Origin: Bacteroides sp.
GTDB lineage: Bacteria; Bacteroidota; Bacteroidia; G022818785
Assembly (NCBI GenBank): GCA_022818785.1
Contig: CP063811.1
Location: 174,944-201,033 of the forward strand
Direction of reading: 5' to 3'
DNA: 26,090 nucleotides
Shown: positions 19,718-26,090 of the stretch, one piece after another
Numbering within the stretch: the first letter of the stretch is position 1
How the letters are laid out: each line of letters begins with the position of its first letter
The notes under the pieces: generated by a model
Database searches by the model: none
Told to the model about the DNA's origin: nothing
The model's input: only the letters and a program-made list of their open reading frames with translations
Translations under genes and position numbers: made by a program

Positions 19718-20508
19718 TGCTATATAACAATTTGATATATAAAATAAGACTATTAGATATAATAGATTTTTTATTAGTGATAACAATAATTATCATTTTT
19801 ATAAGACTGATAAGAGGAACTATAGCTTTAAACATAATGATAGGAATGTCAATAATACTTTGCTTTAATCTAATAGTTAGAGTATTAAAAATGAAATTAA
19901 TGACTAATATATTTAGTCAAATATCAAATGTTGGTATAATTGCATTAATTATTGTTTTTCAAGAAGAAATTAGAAAATTTTTATTGGTTATAGGACGTAA
20001 TTTTTTAAACAAAAAAACTATTAAATGGATAAATTTCATTCTTCCAAAGAAAATGTCAGATATTAATTATGATAAAATAAGACCTATTATAGATTCAATA
20101 CGTAGTATGAAAATATCTAAGTCAGGAATGTTAATGATATTCATTCCTAATATTAATTATAGTGATTCTTTTAATAATGGAGAACTTATAGATTCTGTTT
20201 TATCTAAAAGACTTTTAGAAAGTATTTTTGCCAAAAATTCTCCTTTACATGATGGTGCAGTTATTATTTCTAATCATAGAATTATATATGCTAGTTGCAT
20301 TTTGCCTTTAACTTCTAACACACAAATACCTCTTAATTTTGGATTAAGACATAGAGCAGCTATTGGAATATCTGAAGTTATAAATTCATTTGCTCTTGTA
20401 TTATCTGAAGAAAGTGGACAAATATCATATGCTCAAGATGGAAAATTATATTCTAATATTTCATTATTAGAACTAAGAACTCTTTTAAAGAGAGAATTTT
20501 CTAAATAA
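19717..20508 (+). CDS. cdaA: Membrane-bound diadenylate cyclase CdaA/DacA
   Basis: Three N-terminal TM segments, IIVFQEEIRKFL, IFAKNSPLHDGAVII (DGA), GLRHRAAIGISE (RHR), VLSEESGQIS. Confidence 0.95.
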   Translation: MLYNNLIYKIRLLDIIDFLLVITIIIIFIRLIRGTIALNIMIGMSIILCFNLIVRVLKMKLMTNIFSQISNVGIIALIIVFQEEIRKFLLVIGRNFLNKKTIKWINFILPKKMSDINYDKIRPIIDSIRSMKISKSGMLMIFIPNINYSDSFNNGELIDSVLSKRLLESIFAKNSPLHDGAVIISNHRIIYASCILPLTSNTQIPLNFGLRHRAAIGISEVINSFALVLSEESGQISYAQDGKLYSNISLLELRTLLKREFSK

Positions 20509-20517
20509 TTGTAATAA

Positions 20518-21186
20518 TTAATAATTAATAATATTCCATAATTTAATTATCAAATATCCAGAAAATATACCACCAATATGAGCAAAATGAGCAATTTTAT
20601 CTCCATTAAAATTATATATTCCTAAATATAATTCAAATAACATATATATCATTATAAAATATTTTGATTTTATTGGTATAGGAAATAAAATTATTTGTAA
20701 ATAATAATTGGGAAAATATAAACTAAATGCTGTCAATAATCCAAATATAACTCCTGAAGAGCCTATTAATGGTATATTATATATATCAAATACACTTTGG
20801 GGAATATGACTAAATTCATTTATTATAAAACATCCTGTAATATTTTTTATTTTTAATCCAATAAATAACATATGCAATACTAATGCTCCTATTCCTGTAT
20901 AAATATAGTATTGAAGAAATTTCAATGTCCCCCATCTATCTTCTAATTTTTGACCAAAAATTAATAACGCATACATATTAAAAATAAGATGATAAATGTC
21001 ATAATGTATAAACGTGTAAGTAATTATTTGCCATATTTTAAATCTAAAAGAATTAAAATAAAAAGCTCCAAAATTATAGATCAATAAATCATAATCTATT
21101 ACATTAATTAATAAATAACACATTATATTAATATATAATATATTTTTGACTGCTGGAGTAATTTGTAAATTAAATATATTATTCAT
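20518..21186 (-). CDS. Rhomboid family intramembrane serine protease
   Basis: WQIITYTFIH, HLIFNM, catalytic GSSG, AHFAHIGG. Confidence 0.93.
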   Translation of the reverse strand: MNNIFNLQITPAVKNILYINIMCYLLINVIDYDLLIYNFGAFYFNSFRFKIWQIITYTFIHYDIYHLIFNMYALLIFGQKLEDRWGTLKFLQYYIYTGIGALVLHMLFIGLKIKNITGCFIINEFSHIPQSVFDIYNIPLIGSSGVIFGLLTAFSLYFPNYYLQIILFPIPIKSKYFIMIYMLFELYLGIYNFNGDKIAHFAHIGGIFSGYLIIKLWNIINY

Positions 21187-22877
21187 TTTATTTGAAGTAT
21201 GTTTTCTATAGTTGTTAATTTCAATATATTAATTACTAAAGTTGAATTTATACCTATTATACTATCTTTAGATAATAATAATTTTTTTATTATGTAATTT
21301 CTTTGGAAATTATTTAATATATAATCATCATCAATAGAAATGTTTTCAATAATTGATTCAGCTTTTATTATATCATATTGTAATGACTTTTTATCAAAAA
21401 ATGCAATCAACTTTTTCACAAAACTATCTAAATTATTTATATAAAAAATATCATTTGGCAATTTTTTAATTGATATTTGATTTTCATTTCTAAGATCATA
21501 AAAAAATCCTATATTATTTAATATATATTTATACTTATTAAATAATTTATAGACAAAATAATTTATTGTATAAATAAAAGGCAAAAATATATTATTTGAT
21601 TTAATATTATTATTATGAATATTATATATGTATTGATCATATAATATTTTTTGATGTGCTAATTTTTGATTTATAAATATCATATTTTGACCAAAGTTAA
21701 TTATAATATATTTATTATATAATTGATAACTTTTAATTTCATTTTTATTATTTTTTACAAATTTTTTTAATTGATCAATTATTGCATAATTATAATTAGA
21801 TGATATAATGTCTTGATTATCTATTGTTATTTTGTAACTGTTTTTTTTTTCAAAAAAGTTATTCAATTCAAAATTACTATCTAATGTCCAACTATATTGT
21901 CCTATATTTTTTTGTATTATATTATGTATCAGTTTAGTAATTATTTCATTATTATGAAATTCTATTTTTGATTTATCAGGATTAATATTAAAATCTATAT
22001 TTATAGAATCTGTAAATATAAATATTATATATATAAAATTTTTATTATATAAAAATGATTTATACAATTTACTTATTAAATTGTGTATTTTTTTATTTTT
22101 GCAAAACCTATTATTGACAAATAAATATGTATTTAAATTTTTTTTTAATTTAAAATTAGGCTTACTAATACAACCTTTTACATAAAAATCATTTTGCTTA
22201 TCATTAAAAAAAATTAATTTAGATACATATTTGTCTTTTAAAACATTATTAATTCTATTTATATAATTTTCTTGTTTGAAAAATGATATAAGCTTATCTT
22301 GATGATAAAAATAAAAATTAATTTTTGGATTAGAAATTGCAAATATTTTATATACTTCTAAAATTTTGTTAAATTCTGTTTTATTATTTGACAAAGATTT
22401 TCGTCTAGCAGGCATATTAAAAAATATATTTTCAACTGCAATAGATGTTCCTTTGCTACAATAACAAAACTCTTTTTTAAGTAAATTACCATTTTTAATA
22501 AATAATGAAATACCTTTAATATTATTTGATTGAGATGTTTTTAATGTAATATCAGCAATAGAAGATATTGCAAATAATCCTTCTCCTCTAAAACCTAGAG
22601 TTGTTATTTTTAATAAATCACTAAAGTATAATATTTTAGAAGTTGTATAACGTTTAAAACATATTAATGCATCATCATAGCACATACCATTACCATTATC
22701 AATTATTTGAATTAAAGTTTTGCCATAATCTTTAATAATAATTTTAATAATATTGGAATTTGCATCTATAGAATTCTCTATTAATTCTTTTAATATAGAT
22801 GAAGTATCATATATTATTTCACCTGCTGCAATTTTACAATAAACAGATTTAGATAGTATATTAATACATTTTTTCAT
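21183..22877 (-). CDS. mutL: DNA mismatch repair protein MutL
   Basis: IAAGE, KELIENSIDA, DNGNGM, TSKI, TLGFRGEGL, KGTSIAV, FFNMPARRK. Confidence 0.93.
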   Translation of the reverse strand: MKKCINILSKSVYCKIAAGEIIYDTSSILKELIENSIDANSNIIKIIIKDYGKTLIQIIDNGNGMCYDDALICFKRYTTSKILYFSDLLKITTLGFRGEGLFAISSIADITLKTSQSNNIKGISLFIKNGNLLKKEFCYCSKGTSIAVENIFFNMPARRKSLSNNKTEFNKILEVYKIFAISNPKINFYFYHQDKLISFFKQENYINRINNVLKDKYVSKLIFFNDKQNDFYVKGCISKPNFKLKKNLNTYLFVNNRFCKNKKIHNLISKLYKSFLYNKNFIYIIFIFTDSINIDFNINPDKSKIEFHNNEIITKLIHNIIQKNIGQYSWTLDSNFELNNFFEKKNSYKITIDNQDIISSNYNYAIIDQLKKFVKNNKNEIKSYQLYNKYIIINFGQNMIFINQKLAHQKILYDQYIYNIHNNNIKSNNIFLPFIYTINYFVYKLFNKYKYILNNIGFFYDLRNENQISIKKLPNDIFYINNLDSFVKKLIAFFDKKSLQYDIIKAESIIENISIDDDYILNNFQRNYIIKKLLLSKDSIIGINSTLVINILKLTTIENILQIK

Positions 22878-23323
22878 GAAAAATTATGTAATTTCTGTAA
22901 GGATATTTTTATTTCTCTTTCTTTAATAAGATTTCTTTTATCATATAATTTTTTTCCTTTGGACAATCCTATTTTAATTTTAACATAATTATTTTTATTG
23001 AAAAAAAGCTCTAATGGAGTTAGCGATAATTTTTTATTAACAATATTATTGTTTATTGATTTTATTTCATTTTTATTTAATAATAATATTCTATCTCTCT
23101 TAGTATCATGTTGATCTAATGATGATGAATGTATATAATTAGCAATAAACATATTTTTAATATAAACAATATTATTACGAATAAAACAAAAAGATTCACT
23201 AATAGAAACTTGCATTTTTCTTATTGATTTTATTTCAGAACCTTTTAATACAATACCAGCTATATATGATTTTATGATATTATAATTATAAAAATTCTTT
23301 TTATTTTTTATAGTAAAATTCAT
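22874..23323 (-). CDS. smpB: SsrA-binding protein SmpB
   Basis: AGIVLKGSEIKSIR, RILLLNKNEI, KGKKLYDKR. Confidence 0.96.
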   Translation of the reverse strand: MNFTIKNKKNFYNYNIIKSYIAGIVLKGSEIKSIRKMQVSISESFCFIRNNIVYIKNMFIANYIHSSSLDQHDTKRDRILLLNKNEIKSINNNIVNKKLSLTPLELFFNKNNYVKIKIGLSKGKKLYDKRNLIKEREIKISLQKLHNFS

Positions 23324-23324
23324 A

Positions 23325-24731
23325 TTATTGTTTTGGCTTAATTTTTTTAAAAAATGGATATAAAAGTATATATACCATAAATAATATGCTGAATATCATT
23401 AATATCAATATAAAACAATAAATTTTAGTATTATAATTAAAAGTCATGATATTCATAATGATAAGAGATATATTAAAAAATATTATTATAGATGATAAAA
23501 AATATGACATTAAAATTTGCCATTTGTTAATAGTAAATTTTTTCATTAAATCATAACTGCTATTTATATAAATAAGTGGAATAATTGCAAATCCCAATTG
23601 TAAACTTAAAATGACTTGACTAAAAATCAAAAGTTGATTTATGTAATTTTCTCCAAAATAAATTATTATAAATAATGAAGGTAATATTGCAAAAGATCTT
23701 GTAATCAATCTTCTTATCCAAGGTCTTATTTTAATATTTAAATATCCTTCCATTATAATTTGACCTGCTAATGTTCCTGTTATAGTAGAACTTTGTCCAG
23801 AAGCAATTAATGCTATTGCAAATAATATAGGAGCAAAATACCCTAACTGATTAATCAAATAATAAGCTGATTCTATAGAATCTACATAAATATTATTTTT
23901 AAAAAATATAGACGCAGATAGTATCATTATAGACATATTAATAAAAAATGCGATATTAAGAGCTATGGTAGTATCTATTAAATTATATTTAATAGCTTCT
24001 TTAATATGTTTATAATCTTTTATTACAATTCTAGTTTGTACTAATGATGAATGTAAATATAAGTTATGAGGCATAACAGTAGCTCCTATAATTCCTATTG
24101 ATATATATAATGAATCATAATTCAATTTAGATGGTACAATTCCTAAAATAATTTCTTTTATATCTGGCTTAGATAGGAAAACTTGTAAAAACAATGATAT
24201 ACCTGTTATAGAAATCATTAAAATTATAAACAATTCCATTAATCTTACATTTTTGTTAAAAAATATCAATATTAATAAAGTATCAAAAAGAGTTATAAAA
24301 ATACCTATATAAATAGGTATTCCAAATAATAATTTTAATCCAATTGCCATTCCAATAACTTCTGATAAATCAGTTGCTATAATAGATAATTCAGCTAATA
24401 CATATAATATTATGTTAATATAATAAGAATATATATATTTTGATAATTGTGCCAAATCCATTCCTTTGACAATACCTATTCTAGCACTTAAATGTTGCAT
24501 ATATAATGCAATAATATTAGATATAATTAATACCCATATCAATTTATATCCAAATAAACTACCACTAGCTAAATCAGTTGCCCAATTTCCTGGATCTATA
24601 TATCCAACTCCAATTAAATATGCAGGACCTAAAAATGAAATTATTTTTTTAAATTTATTACTTTTATTCTCTATGCTTATAGATGAATTAATTTCGTCTA
24701 AAGATTTTTTATAATTAAAATTTTCCATCAT
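23325..24731 (-). CDS. mntH: Nramp-family divalent metal (Mn2+/Fe2+) transporter
   Basis: GYIDPGNWATD (TM1 DPGN), GATVMPHNLYLHS (TM6), GQSSTITGTLAGQIIMEG. Confidence 0.95.
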   Translation of the reverse strand: MMENFNYKKSLDEINSSISIENKSNKFKKIISFLGPAYLIGVGYIDPGNWATDLASGSLFGYKLIWVLIISNIIALYMQHLSARIGIVKGMDLAQLSKYIYSYYINIILYVLAELSIIATDLSEVIGMAIGLKLLFGIPIYIGIFITLFDTLLILIFFNKNVRLMELFIILMISITGISLFLQVFLSKPDIKEIILGIVPSKLNYDSLYISIGIIGATVMPHNLYLHSSLVQTRIVIKDYKHIKEAIKYNLIDTTIALNIAFFINMSIMILSASIFFKNNIYVDSIESAYYLINQLGYFAPILFAIALIASGQSSTITGTLAGQIIMEGYLNIKIRPWIRRLITRSFAILPSLFIIIYFGENYINQLLIFSQVILSLQLGFAIIPLIYINSSYDLMKKFTINKWQILMSYFLSSIIIFFNISLIIMNIMTFNYNTKIYCFILILMIFSILFMVYILLYPFFKKIKPKQ

Positions 24732-24796
24732 AAATCAATTAAATAATTATTTTTTTAAATTTTATTGGATAAAAGAATATAATAAAAATAATGAAC

Positions 24797-25483
24797 TTAT
24801 ATTTGCCAGTCTATTATAGATTTATTACTATGTTTTAGTATTCTATTTGATTTAGAAAAATGATTACATCCAAAAAATCCTTTATGTGCAGATAAAGGAG
24901 ATGGATGAGCAGCATAAAAAATATAATGTTTCTTTTTGTCTATAAGTTTTCCTTTTGAAGCAGCATATTTGCCCCATAATAAAAAAATTATATTTTTTTT
25001 ATTTTGAGATATATAATGTATTATATTATCGGTGAATATTTCCCAACCCTTATTTTGATGTGATCCAGGCATATTTTTTCTAACAGTTAAAACACTATTT
25101 AGTAGTAAAATTCCCTGTAAAGCCCATTTAGTTAAATTGCCAGATTTAGGAATTTTAAAACCTATAATATCATTAGCTATTTCTTTATAAATATTTAATA
25201 ATGAAGGTGGTATATTAATATGATCATTTACTGAAAAAGCGAGTCCATTTGCTTGATTAAAATTATGATAGGGGTCTTGTCCTAAAATCACAATTTTAAT
25301 ATCGTCAAATGTAGTTTTCTGAAATGCACAAAAAATATTTTGACATTTTGGATATATGATATTGTTTTTTATTTCATTATATAAAAATTTTTTTAATTCA
25401 ATTATATACGGACTATTTAATTCTTTATGGATAATATTGATCCAACTTTTGTCTATATTGACTTTATTAAAATTAATTTTCAT
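24797..25483 (-). CDS. ung: Uracil-DNA glycosylase (family 1)
   Basis: ILGQDPYH, ANGLAFSV, PPSLLNIYKE, LLLNSVLTV, HPSPLSA, GFFGCNHF. Confidence 0.97.
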   Translation of the reverse strand: MKINFNKVNIDKSWINIIHKELNSPYIIELKKFLYNEIKNNIIYPKCQNIFCAFQKTTFDDIKIVILGQDPYHNFNQANGLAFSVNDHINIPPSLLNIYKEIANDIIGFKIPKSGNLTKWALQGILLLNSVLTVRKNMPGSHQNKGWEIFTDNIIHYISQNKKNIIFLLWGKYAASKGKLIDKKKHYIFYAAHPSPLSAHKGFFGCNHFSKSNRILKHSNKSIIDWQI

Positions 25484-25500
25484 ATTAATATGTGTTATAT

Positions 25501-25532
25501 TTTGTTTTTTCTTAAAATATATATTAAATTTG
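25501..25532 (+). promoter_or_regulatory. Canonical Bacteroidota sigma-A promoter (-33 TTTG / 20 nt / -7 TAAATTTG) for the PUR-family gene
   Basis: TTTG at 25501-25504, exactly 20 nt spacer, TAAATTTG at 25525-25532, 31 nt before ATG 25564. Confidence 0.65.
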
Positions 25533-25563
25533 ACCCAATAACTTCACACTAAATTAAGATATA

Positions 25564-25854
25564 ATGAGAGAATTTGATAATAATAATAGAGATTTATTTT
25601 CTAAAAGAATTAGAGCAGGTAAAAGAACTTATTTTTTTGATGTAAGATCAACTAAAAATAACGATTGCTATATAGTTATTACGGAAAGCAAAAAAAGATT
25701 TGAAGATGGAACATTTATTAAACATAAAATTTTTGTTTATAAAGAAGATTTTGAATCATTCAATAAAACTTTGGCAGAAGCAATTAACTTTATAAAAAAA
25801 CAAAATTCTGTAACTGATAAAAAATCAGATAATAATTCTGAAAAGATAAACTAA
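25564..25854 (+). CDS. PUR-family (DUF3276) ssDNA/RNA-binding protein
   Basis: FSKRIRAGKRTYFFDV...YIVITESKK...KHKIFVYKEDF matches the Bacteroidota/spirochaete PUR-domain consensus as recalled. Confidence 0.9.
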   Translation: MREFDNNNRDLFSKRIRAGKRTYFFDVRSTKNNDCYIVITESKKRFEDGTFIKHKIFVYKEDFESFNKTLAEAINFIKKQNSVTDKKSDNNSEKIN

Positions 25855-25874
25855 TAATTTATTTATATTTTAAA

Positions 25875-25930
25875 TTTGTACTGTATTAATTTTATTTACA
25901 TCTAATGTTTTTATATTTATATAGTACAAA
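25875..25930. repeat. Imperfect intergenic inverted repeat / long hairpin
   Basis: TTTGTACTGTATTAAT (25875-25890) pairs with ATTTATATAGTACAAA (25915-25930) with one G-U and one mismatch; inner ACAT-cta-ATGT. Confidence 0.45.
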
Positions 25931-25954
25931 AAAAATTGTAATTTGATTAAATAT

Positions 25955-26090
25955 ATGTCTAAATATAATAATATAGAAAAAAAAGTTATTACTCGTGATA
26001 TTAAAGAAATTTCACAAATAACAGGAAATTTATATAAATCTATTGTTGCTATATATAAAAGATCTGAATATTTAGATTTACAAAAAAAAA
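25955..26090 (+). CDS. rpoZ: RNA polymerase omega subunit, Bacteroidota type (3'-truncated by window edge)
   Basis: Not in the ORF track. Manual translation MSKYNNIEKKVITRDIKEISQITGNLYKSIVAIYKRSEYLDLQKK matches the recalled TRD...TGNxYES...KR pattern of Bacteroidota RpoZ. Confidence 0.8.
   Translation, partial: MSKYNNIEKKVITRDIKEISQITGNLYKSIVAIYKRSEYLDLQKK

Noticed and set aside
24466-24714. 82-aa plus-strand ORF
   Set aside because: Antisense shadow of mntH.
25356-25541. 61-aa hydrophobic plus-strand ORF
   Set aside because: Mostly antisense to ung and runs over the PUR promoter; hydrophobicity reflects T-rich codons.
1-26090. Alternative genetic code (TGA=Trp)
   Set aside because: Conserved Trp residues checked use TGG, genes are full length under code 11, and TGA serves as stop in ATGA overlaps (thrC, smpB, mutL).
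1-26090. tRNA, tmRNA, rRNA, CRISPR, IS or prophage
   Set aside because: All spacers are about 100 nt or shorter and AT-rich, with no cloverleaf, repeat-spacer array or transposase/integrase ORF seen.

Overview
This is a gene-dense, extremely AT-rich window (by eye well under ~20% GC) of housekeeping genes from a strongly reduced Bacteroidota genome, most plausibly an obligate endosymbiont, using standard code 11. Gene order: argH (5'-partial), a very eroded putative lptD, amidase, rsmG, leuS, TPR membrane protein, mnmE, nuoA-nuoB, thrA-thrB-thrC, ruvC, degenerate recQ, fmt, tyrS, folP, cdaA/dacA, rhomboid, mutL, smpB, mntH, ung, PUR/DUF3276 protein, rpoZ (3'-partial). I found no RNA genes, mobile elements or CRISPR arrays, and no clear multi-gene novel system. 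The main signal is domain-selective erosion inside open, near full-length reading frames: the ThrA aspartokinase half, the RecQ ATPase motifs, the LeuRS CP1 editing motifs, the MutL endonuclease motif and the FolP loops. Alongside these sit an intact c-di-AMP synthase, several DNA-repair genes and Bacteroidota-type TAnnTTTG promoter elements. All family assignments come from motif recognition and recalled consensus sequences, not from database searches.
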